Below are positions 18,406 to 29,880 of a stretch of 35,581 nt of DNA, in pieces. The translations under genes and the position numbers were made by a program. Location: assembly GCA_016926735.1 (NCBI GenBank), contig JAFGOA010000225.1, positions 1 through 35,581 on the forward strand, read 5' to 3'. Numbering within the stretch: the first letter of the stretch is position 1; every line of letters starts with the position of its first letter. The notes under the pieces were generated by a model. That model saw nothing but the letters and a program-made list of their open reading frames with translations, had not been told where the DNA came from and made no database searches. This DNA is from Promethearchaeota archaeon. Its GTDB lineage: Archaea; Asgardarchaeota; Lokiarchaeia; Sigyniarchaeales; SOKP01.

Positions 18406-18679
18406 AATATATATTTTCTATTTTGAATCAAATGATTCATATATCACTATCCCCAGTTCTATTTATAAATCATTCTGGATTGGTATTTATCTTATTATTT
18501 TTAGCACAAAAAACCATATTATACAAAATTTTAAATATTCTTTCTTTCTTTTTTTTTTTTAGTTCAATATAATCGTACAATAATTTACTCATTTCATAAT
18601 TTTAATTTCTATTATGGTTGAGTTCTAAATAAGAATAAAAATAATTCTTGCATTTTGAAGTATAAAAAAGTGATTTCTT

Positions 18680-20962
18680 CTGAATAACACACCTACTAAT
18701 TTAAATGCTAAGGATCTTACAATTGATAAATATAATGTAATATATAAGAATCTATTTGAACAAACTCCTTATTATATATTATTGATTAATCAAGAGGGAA
18801 GAATCATTGATTGCAATAAAGCAACAGAGACAATCTTAGGATATAAAAAAGAAGAATTAATTTCCAAGTTATTGAAAGATATTAAGATTATTTCTGCAGA
18901 AATGTATTCTAAATTAGAATGCAAATATGCTGGCGTATTTGATAGTACAATCTTTGAACCCGATGAAATGAAAATTTTAAGAAAAGATGGAAAAAAACTC
19001 TGGATAAATTCGCGTTTATATATTTTAGAATTAGAAAATGAATATATAACTTTAATAATAGGTCAAGATATAACTGAAAAAAAGAAAGCAGAAATAAAAT
19101 TAAATAATTCTAAAGAAAAATATCATGATTTATTTAGCAATTCTCCTCTAGGAATATTTATTTTAGACGATAAGGGAAACCTCATTGATTCTAATGAAAA
19201 ATCAAAAATTATTTTTTCTCATTTATCTCTAAAAGAATATTATGGAAAAAATTTTGCTAATATTCTATCTGATTTCAAAAATTCAGATGAACTAAAGGCT
19301 ATTTTTAAAGAATGGAATAATCTGTGGTCTATAGGAGAAAATGTAGTACCTATTGATATCAAATTCATAGAAAAGGATGGTAAGGAGAAATGGCTACAGT
19401 GGCAAAGTTCTATGTTAAATCTTAAGAAAAAAACAATATTTAAGATAATAATACAAGATATTACAGAAAGAAAATTAGTAGAAATAAGATTAAAAGAATC
19501 TGAAGATAAATTTAAGACAATTTCAGATCAAACTATGATAGGTATTTGTATTGTTCAAGATGGAGTTTTTAAATATCTTAATTCTCATATGGAAACTCTT
19601 ACAGGATACACGATTAATGAAATGACATCATGGAATGCAAATTATCTTTTTAATTTAGTAGCTCCAGAATTTTTAGATACTGTAAAAGAGCAAAAGAAAA
19701 AAAAAGAACTTGGATTGAATGACGTAACCCCTAAATATGAAATAAGAGGAATACAAAAATCTGGGAAGGAAATATGGGTTGAAAATTATTCAAAACATTT
19801 AATATATAAAGGGAAACCAGCAATATTAGCTATATTTATTGATATTACTGAAAAAAAAAAAGCTGAGAAAGCACTTGAAGAATCTGAAATCACATTAAAG
19901 ACAGCTGTCGAGAGTCTACCTTTTGATATTTTTATATTAAATAAGAATAAAGAATGTACATTACAAAACACGGCTTCTAGAGAATTTTGGGGAAATGTTA
20001 TTGGAAAAACCCCCGAAGAAGTGGCATCAAATAGTGAAATCTTAGATATATGGAAAGAAAACAATGATAGGGCATTATCTGGTCAAATAACAAAAAAAGA
20101 GATTAAAATAAAAATAGAAGAAAAAGAAAAATATCTTTACAATATAATTTCTCCTATTAAAAAGGATGATAATATACGAGGAATTCTTGGTGTAAATATT
20201 GATATTACTGATCAAAAAAACATTCAAAACAAATTAAAAGAATCTGAAAAAAAATATCGTGAAGCTTATAGAAAAGCAAATTTATATGAAGATCTATTTG
20301 CTCATGATGTTAATAATATTTTACAAAATATAAAATCCTCTATTGAACTTAGTAAAATCTATCTAAACGAACCTAATAAATTTGAAAAGATTCGTGAATT
20401 TTTTGGTATTATTGAAGAGCAGATAATAAGGGGTTCAAATTTGGTCTCAAATGTTGTAAAATTATTTAAAATGGACGATACCTTAAACATTCCCATAGAG
20501 GAGGTAGATTTAATATCCTCTATAAAAAAAGCAGTAGATTTTGTTAGACAAAGCCATCAAATTAGAAATTTATCAATAAAAACAGAAATATATGAAAATA
20601 ATACTACTGTTAAAGCGAATAATTTTCTGATTGATATATTTGAAAACATTTTATTTAATGCCGTTATGTACAATGATAATATATTGATTAAAATTAGAAT
20701 AAAAGTTCAAAAATATGAAAAAGATAATTCTTTTTTCAAAATAGAATTTATTGATAATGGTCGTGGCATTTCAAATAGAAGAAAGAAAATTATTTTTGGA
20801 GAAAATATAGAAGGAAAAAGAAAAGGAGGTATGGGATTAGGATTATCGCTTGTAAAAAAAATTTTAGAGAGTTATAATGGAAGAATCTGGGTTGAGGATA
20901 GAATTGAAGGAGATTTTACACAAGGAAGTGATTTTATAATATTAATTCCCGAATCAGATTAG
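18680..20962 (+). CDS. Cytoplasmic multi-PAS sensor histidine kinase (four PAS domains); probable CTG start
   Basis: Repeated DITExK linkers, H-box FAHDVNN, NAVMYN, DNGRG and GMGLGL. The first PAS begins 'YKNLFEQTPYYILL', upstream of the track start at 18782. Confidence 0.9.
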   Translation: MNNTPTNLNAKDLTIDKYNVIYKNLFEQTPYYILLINQEGRIIDCNKATETILGYKKEELISKLLKDIKIISAEMYSKLECKYAGVFDSTIFEPDEMKILRKDGKKLWINSRLYILELENEYITLIIGQDITEKKKAEIKLNNSKEKYHDLFSNSPLGIFILDDKGNLIDSNEKSKIIFSHLSLKEYYGKNFANILSDFKNSDELKAIFKEWNNLWSIGENVVPIDIKFIEKDGKEKWLQWQSSMLNLKKKTIFKIIIQDITERKLVEIRLKESEDKFKTISDQTMIGICIVQDGVFKYLNSHMETLTGYTINEMTSWNANYLFNLVAPEFLDTVKEQKKKKELGLNDVTPKYEIRGIQKSGKEIWVENYSKHLIYKGKPAILAIFIDITEKKKAEKALEESEITLKTAVESLPFDIFILNKNKECTLQNTASREFWGNVIGKTPEEVASNSEILDIWKENNDRALSGQITKKEIKIKIEEKEKYLYNIISPIKKDDNIRGILGVNIDITDQKNIQNKLKESEKKYREAYRKANLYEDLFAHDVNNILQNIKSSIELSKIYLNEPNKFEKIREFFGIIEEQIIRGSNLVSNVVKLFKMDDTLNIPIEEVDLISSIKKAVDFVRQSHQIRNLSIKTEIYENNTTVKANNFLIDIFENILFNAVMYNDNILIKIRIKVQKYEKDNSFFKIEFIDNGRGISNRRKKIIFGENIEGKRKGGMGLGLSLVKKILESYNGRIWVEDRIEGDFTQGSDFIILIPESD

Positions 20963-21037
20963 AATAATTTAAAAAAATTACAAGAGATTAACCAAGAGAC
21001 AAAAAATCTTATAAGAGATATTAAGAATTCTTTATTA

Positions 21038-22984
21038 TTGATAGATTTAAATTATTATAATAGAAATAAAAGATTAGGTCAATTTTTTACGCCTGAATAT
21101 ATTGCGGCATTTATGGTCAAAAATAGTTATGATTATATTATCAAATATATACATAAACCCATAGATGAAATTTCTATTTTAGAACCTTCTGCCGGAAAAG
21201 GAATATTTCTTCAATATTTAATAGATTTCGGATTTAAAAATATTACTGCATATGAAATAGATCCAAAATTGATACTTCTTCTTAAAAAGAAATATCCCAT
21301 TGTAGATTTTAGGTTTGAAAATATTTTAACGGCATCTATTAATAAAAAATATGATCTAATTATTGGAAATCCTCCTTATTTAGGTCAAAATTATCATTCC
21401 AAATTATTCCAAGATTATATTAAAAAATCACCTTTTTGTCAGAAATATTTTGTTGGAAATATGGATTTATTCTATTATTTTATCCACATTGGAATTGAAA
21501 AACTTTATCCTAAAGGAATTTTATCATTTATTACTACAAATTATTGGATTACTAAACATAAAAATACAGGTATTAAATTCTTAAAACCCCATTTGGTAAA
21601 GAACTGTTATTTTCTTCAATATATAGATTTATCAAATATGATCTTATTCAATGAAGCTAAAGGGCAACATAATTGTATTTTTACTATTCAAAAAAAAGAT
21701 TCAAAAAATTATTATCAAAAAGGACCAAAAATTGAAGTAATAAGAATAAGAAAATCTAAAAATCAAAAAATAAAAGAAGCTAAAGAAATTAAATCTATTT
21801 TTAATTATCTAATTGATGGAAAAGAATATTGTTTAATTGATAAATATAATTCAGCTTTAAATCAAAAAGAATTGATGATTAATTTGAATTGGAATATTCT
21901 TTATCCAGAAGTTGTAAGAAATATAATTGATAAATTTGAAGAATTATGTAAAAAAGATAATAAAATCACAACCCTAAAAGATTATTTCATAATACGAAAT
22001 GGTATTATTTTCATTAAAGATGATATATTTATACTTGAAAAATCAAAGAACCTTATTATTAAAAATAGTGATTTTTATATTAAAATAAATGAAAAATACT
22101 ACAAATTAACAGAAAATGAGAAAAAAAGATTAAAAAAAATTTTTAAAAGTAAGGCTATTCGAGAATATAATTATTGTAAAGACGATTACATCGGTTATGG
22201 AATATTTATTAATAAAAATGAATTTCTCTTTAAAACTAAAAAAGAGAGAAATCAAAACATCAAAGAATGTTATCCTCATTTATCAAAATATATATTAAAT
22301 CATAGTGATGAACTAAAAAAGATATTAATTAATGCTAAAGAGAATCAAGATGATTTTTATTTTCCAAGAAGAGGAGTTTTTATCAGAAATTTTTCTACGA
22401 ATTCTCTGAATAAAATTGATCTAGAGAAGTCATATGAAAAAAGAAAAAAAATCTTTTTTAAATTTATTTCTGAAAAAAATGTCTTTGGTTATTCAGAAAC
22501 CCAATATTATGCAACCTCTGATACATATTTTTTATGGCCAAAAATTAATGAGGAATATATTGATTATCCTTTATTTATAGCTTATTTGAATTCCAAATTT
22601 GTCTATTTTTTATTTAAAGCAAAAGGGATTTCAATAAAAAGAAGTAAATCAAAGTTAGAAGAAAATTTACCTATTCCTAACTTTTCTCTCTTAAATTCTA
22701 ACAATGACAAATTAATCCTTTCATTTATTAGAATTCTTGCTCAATATTTATCTAAAAGTACAAAATTTAATTTTAAAGAAAAATCTTCTACTCTTTTGGA
22801 AAAAATAAAAACCCTTATCAATAAATCTAATTCTCCTCATTTTAATTTTTTAAAACAAATTCAAGATGCAATAAAATGTAATGATAATATTAAAATTAAA
22901 GATATTATTGATGAAATGTTTTTTTTATTATTTAAAATTGAAAAAGAAACTATAATGGAACTACTCTATAAATATTATAATTGA
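21038..22984 (+). CDS. N6-adenine DNA methyltransferase, gamma class (TaqI/Eco57I-like), apparently orphan
   Basis: GQFFTP, LEPSAGKG, IIGNPPY, DLFYYF and a C-terminal 'YLNS...LPIP' TRD-like region. Confidence 0.88.
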   Translation: MIDLNYYNRNKRLGQFFTPEYIAAFMVKNSYDYIIKYIHKPIDEISILEPSAGKGIFLQYLIDFGFKNITAYEIDPKLILLLKKKYPIVDFRFENILTASINKKYDLIIGNPPYLGQNYHSKLFQDYIKKSPFCQKYFVGNMDLFYYFIHIGIEKLYPKGILSFITTNYWITKHKNTGIKFLKPHLVKNCYFLQYIDLSNMILFNEAKGQHNCIFTIQKKDSKNYYQKGPKIEVIRIRKSKNQKIKEAKEIKSIFNYLIDGKEYCLIDKYNSALNQKELMINLNWNILYPEVVRNIIDKFEELCKKDNKITTLKDYFIIRNGIIFIKDDIFILEKSKNLIIKNSDFYIKINEKYYKLTENEKKRLKKIFKSKAIREYNYCKDDYIGYGIFINKNEFLFKTKKERNQNIKECYPHLSKYILNHSDELKKILINAKENQDDFYFPRRGVFIRNFSTNSLNKIDLEKSYEKRKKIFFKFISEKNVFGYSETQYYATSDTYFLWPKINEEYIDYPLFIAYLNSKFVYFLFKAKGISIKRSKSKLEENLPIPNFSLLNSNNDKLILSFIRILAQYLSKSTKFNFKEKSSTLLEKIKTLINKSNSPHFNFLKQIQDAIKCNDNIKIKDIIDEMFFLLFKIEKETIMELLYKYYN

Positions 22985-23045
22985 TATTAAATATTAATAC
23001 AAAAATTAGAAAAACTATTTTTTTATTTTAAAATTATAGAAATTA

Positions 23046-24110
23046 ATGAGTTTCTTTCCATTATATGATGATGTGGGTAGTTATCCTTTACCCGAATATA
23101 TAGATAATAAGACCTTTAATCAGTTTTATTGGACAGCATATAAAGCAATAATAAATAAAGCAGAAATTTCCGAACATAGAGGAATTCAAAATTATTTTAT
23201 AACACCAGTTATCAATTCATTTAAACAAAAACTTGAAGCTGGAGTTGAGATAATAAATTATCCCCAACATATGGATATGTATAATCAATTTTTAATACCA
23301 TTAGCGGATTATGAATTGGAGCCCAATTTAATTGACCCTAAAGGAGCAATAATTCCTGAGGTTAGAGTAATCAAAGAATTTGCAAAAGAGTACTATGAAA
23401 AAAATGAAGAAAAATTAAAACTTAAAATTTGCATAACAGGTCCTATAGATTTATATATTAAAAAACACGATTTTACTATATATAAGGATTTAGCTATTAA
23501 TCTTTCTCAATCTATAAACAATTTTATTAAAAACTCTATTATTGATCAAAAATACTTAGAAACTTCAATTATTGCTATTGATGAACCATCATTAGGATTT
23601 ATAGATATCGTAAATATAAACGATGATGATATTATAGATATATTTGATAGATGTTTTGAGGGAATAAATTCAAAAATAGATACTCAAATCCATCTTCATT
23701 CTTTAAAAAAAGCACAATTAGCATTAGAAAGTAAAAAAATTAATGTTTTAACTTGTGAGTATGCTTCAGATAAAACTAATACGATCCCTAAAAACAATCT
23801 AGATAAATATGATAAATTTATAAGAGTTGGGATAACTCGCACTAATATTGATGGTATTATTGGAGAAAATATTGATATAGGAACAAGTTGGGATAGTTTA
23901 AAGTCAATAGAAGGAACATTAAAATTAATTGATTCAAAAGAAAGAATCAAACATTGTTTTAAGGACGCTTTGATACATTATGATGATCGCCTTAAATATA
24001 TAGGGCCTGATTGTGGACTATCTGGATGGAAGCCTCCTGAAGTTGCTTATGAGCTTTTAAAAAGAACTAAAGATGTCATTATGCAATTTAGATCGGAAAT
24101 GACTAAATAA
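23046..24110 (+). CDS. Core (single-barrel) cobalamin-independent methionine synthase-like protein
   Basis: DVGSYP, ITGP, IDEP, IHLH and GPDCGL motifs; 354 aa, C-terminal barrel of MetE only. Confidence 0.8.
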   Translation: MSFFPLYDDVGSYPLPEYIDNKTFNQFYWTAYKAIINKAEISEHRGIQNYFITPVINSFKQKLEAGVEIINYPQHMDMYNQFLIPLADYELEPNLIDPKGAIIPEVRVIKEFAKEYYEKNEEKLKLKICITGPIDLYIKKHDFTIYKDLAINLSQSINNFIKNSIIDQKYLETSIIAIDEPSLGFIDIVNINDDDIIDIFDRCFEGINSKIDTQIHLHSLKKAQLALESKKINVLTCEYASDKTNTIPKNNLDKYDKFIRVGITRTNIDGIIGENIDIGTSWDSLKSIEGTLKLIDSKERIKHCFKDALIHYDDRLKYIGPDCGLSGWKPPEVAYELLKRTKDVIMQFRSEMTK

Positions 24111-24261
24111 ATTATACATTAGAATGTTTCTTATCTCTTCTATATTTAAAAATTCATTTTTTTTTATAAAAAATACTTTGAGAATAATCGTATTCTGTAA
24201 TCTGAACCTTCCTTTTTCTTTAGAAAAAAAAGAATAAAATTTTTATATGTAAAAAACCATA

Positions 24262-24280
24262 TGTAAATTAAATCTTGACA
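24262..24280. promoter_or_regulatory. Candidate heat-shock repressor operator TGTAAA-N7-TTGACA
   Basis: Imperfect palindrome just downstream of TATA-like TTTTATAT (24241-24248), upstream of hsp20. Confidence 0.4.
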
Positions 24281-24332
24281 ACAAATAATAGGTGAAAATA
24301 AATGTTAAAAAATCGATTGGAAGTGAAATATC

Positions 24333-24953
24333 ATGGTTGATAATAATGATTTTAAAGATTTTTTGAAAAAATTTAAAGATTATTTCAATATAGACACAGA
24401 TATGTTTGATGCAGAATTTTTTCTATTTTCTGATAAAGATTCTGATAAAAAACCCGAAATCAATTCAAATAATGAAAATAATTTTAGAATTTCTTATCAC
24501 TTTGAAAATGGGATGGATAAACCAGATATAAAAATAAATGGAAATATTGATGATATTGATATTAATGAATACTTGAATAATATAGATTTTTCAAAGATTT
24601 TTGATCTAAATAAGAAGAATAATAAGCAAGATCTTTCTTTTGAAATAATAGATACAGAGAAATTATCAGTTCTTCCAGAGGAACAAAAAGAAGAATTAAA
24701 TTTTGAGGAGCCACACATCGAAATTTATGACTCAAATGATACAATTGAAATTTTAGTTGATGCTCCAGGGATTGAAAAAGATGATATTTTAATAACTAAC
24801 CATAGTGATAAAAAGTCTATAATATTTGATGCTGAAACTAAAGAAAAAAGATATTATAAAAAAATTAAGCTTCCAAGTAAGATATCTTCGATTTTGAATG
24901 ATACTGTTGAAGTTAATAATGGTATAATAACATTTAAATGTAAAAAGAAATAA
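24333..24953 (+). CDS. Small heat-shock protein (Hsp20/alpha-crystallin)
   Basis: EEPHIEI...DAPGIEKDDI...YYKKIKLP...NNGII C-terminal alpha-crystallin domain; first gene of the hsp20-cdc48 cluster. Confidence 0.88.
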   Translation: MVDNNDFKDFLKKFKDYFNIDTDMFDAEFFLFSDKDSDKKPEINSNNENNFRISYHFENGMDKPDIKINGNIDDIDINEYLNNIDFSKIFDLNKKNNKQDLSFEIIDTEKLSVLPEEQKEELNFEEPHIEIYDSNDTIEILVDAPGIEKDDILITNHSDKKSIIFDAETKEKRYYKKIKLPSKISSILNDTVEVNNGIITFKCKKK

Positions 24954-25002
24954 ATTTAAGGGAAAAATTTAGATATATATTATTAAAAAAGTGAATATTA
25001 AT

Positions 25003-27228
25003 ATGAGTAGAATAGCTGAAACAGGTGGAAGAGAAGGGAGAAAAGTTAAAGTTAAAGACGCGTTCAAACAAGATGCAGGGAGAGGGATTATAAGAGTAGA
25101 TCCTGATCTTAGTAATCTACAAGGTTGGAAAACTGGTGATGTCATAGAAATTATGCATACTCAGACATTAGAGAAAACAGCAGCACTTTTATATCCTGGA
25201 AGGCCCGAAGATCAAGGTTTGGGGATTATAAGAATGGATGCATCTCTTAGAAGGAATCTAGGTGCATCTTTAGATGATATTGTATCTATTCGTAAAATTG
25301 ATGCAGCATTAGCCGAGAGGGTTGTATTTGCGGGATTAGAAGAAGCTGTAATCTTGAGAAATTCTCAACAATTAGCTAGTAAACTAGAAAATAGAATAAT
25401 TACAAAAAATGATATCTTAAGTTTCTATGCATATGGTAGAAGAGTAGATTTAATTGTTGTTAATTTTTTTCCAAAGGCAGATGCTGTTAGAATTCATTTG
25501 AAAAGTCAGATAATACTTAGTGAAAAAAGTCATAAAGAATTAGTACAGATTGAAAAATCAAGAGTCACTTATGAAGATATTGGTGGACTAGAGGATGAAA
25601 TTCAGAAAATAAGGGAAATGATAGAATTACCGATAAAGCATCCAGAGTTATTTACGAGAATAGGTATTGATCCTCCTAAAGGTGTATTATTACATGGTCC
25701 TCCTGGGACAGGAAAAACTTTGTTAGCTAGAGCTGTTGCATATGAAACTGATGCAAATTTCATTACAATTAGTGGTCCTGAAATTATGAGTAAATTTTAT
25801 GGGCAAAGCGAAGAAAATTTGCGTAAAGTATTTGAAGAAGCAAAGGAAAATGCTCCTTCTATTATCTTTATAGATGAGTTAGATTCTATTGCTCCAAAAA
25901 GAGGTGAAGTAACTGGGGAAGTAGAGAGAAGAGTTGTTGCTCAATTATTATCCTTGATGGATGGATTAGAAGGACGAGGTGAAGTAATTGTTATCGGGGC
26001 TACAAATAGGGTAAATGATATCGATAGTGCTTTAAGAAGGCCTGGACGATTTGATAGAGAAATTGAAATTGGTGTCCCTAATGCTGATGGCAGGCTCGAA
26101 ATACTTTTAATCCATACTAGAGGTATACCTCTAAAAAAGGATGTAAACCTGAGAGAAATAGCTGAAAAAACACACGGTTTTGTTGGAGCTGACGTAGAAT
26201 CTCTTGCTAAAGAAGCGGCAATGTTAGCAATACGGGAAATATTACCTAAGTTAAATTTAGATGAACCAATTCCAGCTGAGATTTTAAATGAAATTAAAAT
26301 AAGCAGTGAAAATCTTCATGATGCATTAACTAACATCGAACCATCTGCTCTTAGAGAAGTACTTATAACTAAACCAACAGAAACCTGGGATGATATTGGA
26401 GGATTGGACGATGCAAAATTGCAATTAAAAGAAGTTGTAGAATGGCCACTTAAATATCCAGAATTATATACTCATTTGAAATCTAAACCTCCGAGTGGAA
26501 TTTTATTGCATGGAATTCCTGGAACCGGAAAAACATTAGTAGCAAAGGCCTTAGCTCATGAAAGTGAAGTTAATTTTATTTCTGTAAAAGGACCTGAGTT
26601 TTTATCAAAATGGGTAGGTGAAAGTGAAAAGGCTGTCAGAGAAACATTTAGAAAAGCAAGGTCTGCCTCTCCATGTATTATATTCTTTGATGAGATTGAT
26701 GCTATTGCAGGAATGAGAGGAAGAGGTTCAGGTTCGCAAGTTAATGAACAAGTTGTATCTCAATTGCTAACTGAAATGGACGGACTTGAAGATTTACGGG
26801 GAGTTATTCTCTTAGCAGCTACTAATCGTCCAGATATGCTTGATCCTGCATTATTAAGGGCAGGAAGATTTGGTAGACATATAGAAATACCAGCACCAGA
26901 CGAAAAAGCCAGAGAACAAATTTTTAAAATACACCTAAAAGAAAAACCTTTAGCTATTGATGTTTCAATTCAAGATATGGTTAAAAAGTTAGAAGGATAT
27001 ACTGGAGCAGATATCTATGCTCTATGTGAAGAAGCTACTTTATTAACAATAAGGAGAGCTATTTCAGATATTTCTATTGATACTCATGATAAAGAATCTG
27101 TGTCTAAAATTAATATCGGAAAAGAAGAATTTGACTTTGCTATTGAAAAAACCTTAAAAAGTGCTGATAGGGCTCAGAAAGCATATAAAGATGCTTCTAA
27201 GGAGCCTAAAGAAGATTTATACAGATAA
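25003..27228 (+). CDS. cdc48: CDC48/VAT/p97 AAA+ ATPase
   Basis: N-domain ([10 protein letters not shown]), two AAA modules ([16 protein letters not shown]; DELD, DEID; RPGRFD, RAGRF) and C-terminal HbYX 'LYR'. The ATG at 25003 follows AGTGA; the track GTG at 24991 is the alternative. Confidence 0.96.
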   Translation: MSRIAETGGREGRKVKVKDAFKQDAGRGIIRVDPDLSNLQGWKTGDVIEIMHTQTLEKTAALLYPGRPEDQGLGIIRMDASLRRNLGASLDDIVSIRKIDAALAERVVFAGLEEAVILRNSQQLASKLENRIITKNDILSFYAYGRRVDLIVVNFFPKADAVRIHLKSQIILSEKSHKELVQIEKSRVTYEDIGGLEDEIQKIREMIELPIKHPELFTRIGIDPPKGVLLHGPPGTGKTLLARAVAYETDANFITISGPEIMSKFYGQSEENLRKVFEEAKENAPSIIFIDELDSIAPKRGEVTGEVERRVVAQLLSLMDGLEGRGEVIVIGATNRVNDIDSALRRPGRFDREIEIGVPNADGRLEILLIHTRGIPLKKDVNLREIAEKTHGFVGADVESLAKEAAMLAIREILPKLNLDEPIPAEILNEIKISSENLHDALTNIEPSALREVLITKPTETWDDIGGLDDAKLQLKEVVEWPLKYPELYTHLKSKPPSGILLHGIPGTGKTLVAKALAHESEVNFISVKGPEFLSKWVGESEKAVRETFRKARSASPCIIFFDEIDAIAGMRGRGSGSQVNEQVVSQLLTEMDGLEDLRGVILLAATNRPDMLDPALLRAGRFGRHIEIPAPDEKAREQIFKIHLKEKPLAIDVSIQDMVKKLEGYTGADIYALCEEATLLTIRRAISDISIDTHDKESVSKINIGKEEFDFAIEKTLKSADRAQKAYKDASKEPKEDLYR

Positions 27229-27270
27229 TAAATTTAATTTTATAAATAAATATTATGGGGTTGAAATAAT

Positions 27271-28047
27271 ATGGAGTTAAATGAAGAAAAACAAAAAATA
27301 AGTTTAGATAATCTATTAGAAATATTAGGAAATCCTACGAGAAGAGTTATAATTTCTAAATTAGCAAAAGTACCTCATTCAACTTCAGAATTAAGTAGAA
27401 TTTTAGGTATTTCAAGACAAGCAGTACATAGTCAACTTGAGATTCTAAAAAATTATAAGATTATTGAAAGAATAACCCCTGAAGAGCGTGGGAGTAAATA
27501 TCGGATAAAAAGCAATTTATCTTTAATAATTGATATTTCTCCTGATTATTATCATATTAAATACAAATTAACAAATATTGATCCTAAGTCTGAAGCTATT
27601 TTTCTAAAGAGTTCTAAAGATTCAGAAACATATGATAAATTAGATAATCCTAATAAAAAAATGAAATATTTAGGAGAAAATATTAAAGAAATTGAACAAA
27701 ATCTTTTTAAATTAGAACGAACTCGTAGACAATTATTACAAAAAAAAGAAAGTTTTATAATTGAACTAAAACATTTAATGGAACAACAATACAGGGATAA
27801 ACTTAGAAAAGAGAAATCAATGCTGGATAATTTAGAAATGGAAATTTTCTATACACTGTTTTTTAATCCTGTAAAATTCCACAGTAAAATAAATATTGAT
27901 AGTTTACTTGATGAATTATTTTTTTCAGACCTCGATAGAATTTCAAGAGCAAGTCATAGAACTTCAATTGAGCATCTCCTCAGAGATTTAGCAAAATCAA
28001 TGGATATCCTAAGAAAGGTAGATGATAATTGGTTCTTTGATATATAG
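27271..28047 (+). CDS. ArsR-like Phr/HSR1-type heat-shock transcriptional regulator
   Basis: 'LLEILGNPTRRVII...SELSRILGISRQAVHSQLEIL' resembles Pyrococcus Phr; coiled-coil C-terminus; synteny with hsp20 and cdc48. Confidence 0.78.
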   Translation: MELNEEKQKISLDNLLEILGNPTRRVIISKLAKVPHSTSELSRILGISRQAVHSQLEILKNYKIIERITPEERGSKYRIKSNLSLIIDISPDYYHIKYKLTNIDPKSEAIFLKSSKDSETYDKLDNPNKKMKYLGENIKEIEQNLFKLERTRRQLLQKKESFIIELKHLMEQQYRDKLRKEKSMLDNLEMEIFYTLFFNPVKFHSKINIDSLLDELFFSDLDRISRASHRTSIEHLLRDLAKSMDILRKVDDNWFFDI

Positions 28048-28139
28048 GATGATTTATTAGATTATTTTATTTTAGTTTTTTTTATTTCAAACTTATAATT
28101 ATTACCTAATTTACATATATTATAAAAAAGGGTGAATAT

Positions 28140-28640
28140 ATGGATTTAAAGGATTTTAAAAAGGAATTACCAAAAATTTTCGAAAATGTTAAAAAAGATG
28201 TAGAAAAGATTTATGGGAAACACAGAGCAGGATTAAGCTTAGGTCTTGCAGAAATGGGGATATCTCGAGATGATTTTATAGGAGGTATGCACTTTTATCC
28301 CGGTACGGATATAATTATGAATAAAACTCCTTTAAGGTTAATTCTAAAAGAACAATCACATAAAATTAGTTGGGCATACGCATACCACATACTTTTACAT
28401 GAATATATACATTCTCTTGGGATTATAGATGAATATCAATGCCGTATGTTAACTAAACATATAACAAAGAAGATATTTAAAGAAGAAAATCATCCTGCGA
28501 TAATTCTTTCTGAAAAAGGAATTGGAGCTTATATTCCTAATTTTAATCTAATATATAATTCTATTGGACTAAATCGAAATGATTTGAATATTGAATATAT
28601 CTATGGGTTTGATGAAAATAGTTATACGTATTATTCTTAA
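28140..28640 (+). CDS. Small zincin-like metallopeptidase (HExxH)
   Basis: LLHEYIHSLGIIDE motif; GGTGA ribosome-binding site upstream. Confidence 0.7.
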   Translation: MDLKDFKKELPKIFENVKKDVEKIYGKHRAGLSLGLAEMGISRDDFIGGMHFYPGTDIIMNKTPLRLILKEQSHKISWAYAYHILLHEYIHSLGIIDEYQCRMLTKHITKKIFKEENHPAIILSEKGIGAYIPNFNLIYNSIGLNRNDLNIEYIYGFDENSYTYYS

Positions 28641-28843
28641 GATTATAAAGATTACAAATAGACTTTTTTTTTTCAAAATAATTTTACTATTCAAATAATT
28701 TGATGATATATTTGAAACATTAAAAATAATTACAATAATTTTTTTAAATTAATTAGACATTATTTTAACAAAAAGATAGTTGATTACTAATTTCAGAAGA
28801 TATATCAATTGATAAGAAGAAAGAGGAGCATATTGAAAAAACA

Positions 28844-29854
28844 ATGGAAGTAAGCCAAGAACAGATTATCATTAATTGGCAATTTAAAGACGTTAAAAAA
28901 AAACTTACTTATGATATTAAAAAATGTGTTGGATGCAGTCTCTGTATGATCATTTGTCCTGTAGAAGCAATTGATCTTGGACCAATTCCTCAAATTGTTC
29001 AAAATATATTAGATGAGACTAATCCTAAAATATTAATAAATGACAACTGTATGAATTGTATGCTCTGCGCAATTGTTTGTCCTAATAATGCTTTTCATGA
29101 ACATATAACTCCAGAAGGTATAATTGATCTTGATGAATATCCTTCAATTGGTAAGTTCTATGAAATAGATGATAAATTATGTACAGAAGATAAAAAAGAT
29201 CCAATATGTCTTCTTTGTAAAGAATCACGTAATATGAATTCCATAAAAGACTATCATAAAATATCTTTAAATTGTCCTAAAAAATGTTTCAAAATAAAAT
29301 CTCCATTAAAAGGAAAAGTCCATATAAAAAAACCTATGTTATGGAAATGTGATCCACAAGGTTGTAAAGCATGTGTTAATATATGTCCTGTAGAAGCCTT
29401 TTATATTCCAGAAAAGGCTGAAGATGTAAAGAAATTTGGAAAAATTGCTTGTAATGAAGATGATTGTTTATACTGTGGAGCTTGCGAAAATGCTTGTCCA
29501 GATAATTTGATATTTATTGAAAGAAATAATATTGAAATTTTAGATCCAAAAAGAAAAGGAGGATATCCTTGGGTAGATGGATGGATTAATAGTTTTAAAA
29601 ATATACTAAGAAATAATTTATTAACCGGAAAGACTCAAATCAAATTATTTATTAATGAAGAGAGTAAAAAACTTGAAGATACTATTGAAGAACAACTTCC
29701 TCATATAAATGAGAATGAACAAAAAGAACTTAATAAAATTAACAATATTATACAGAGTCTACTCAAAACAAAAAAAATTCGATATTGGATTAAAGATAAT
29801 AGACTTGATAAAATTGGTTTAGAAATTAAAAAGATATTAGACAAAAAAAAATAA
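28844..29854 (+). CDS. Polyferredoxin (FwdF-like multi-[4Fe-4S] protein)
   Basis: Several CxxCxxCxxxCP motifs; the frame is open upstream to a possible ATT start at 28790. Confidence 0.88.
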   Translation: MEVSQEQIIINWQFKDVKKKLTYDIKKCVGCSLCMIICPVEAIDLGPIPQIVQNILDETNPKILINDNCMNCMLCAIVCPNNAFHEHITPEGIIDLDEYPSIGKFYEIDDKLCTEDKKDPICLLCKESRNMNSIKDYHKISLNCPKKCFKIKSPLKGKVHIKKPMLWKCDPQGCKACVNICPVEAFYIPEKAEDVKKFGKIACNEDDCLYCGACENACPDNLIFIERNNIEILDPKRKGGYPWVDGWINSFKNILRNNLLTGKTQIKLFINEESKKLEDTIEEQLPHINENEQKELNKINNIIQSLLKTKKIRYWIKDNRLDKIGLEIKKILDKKK

Positions 29855-29880
29855 TACGATTTTTATAATATGTAAAAGAG

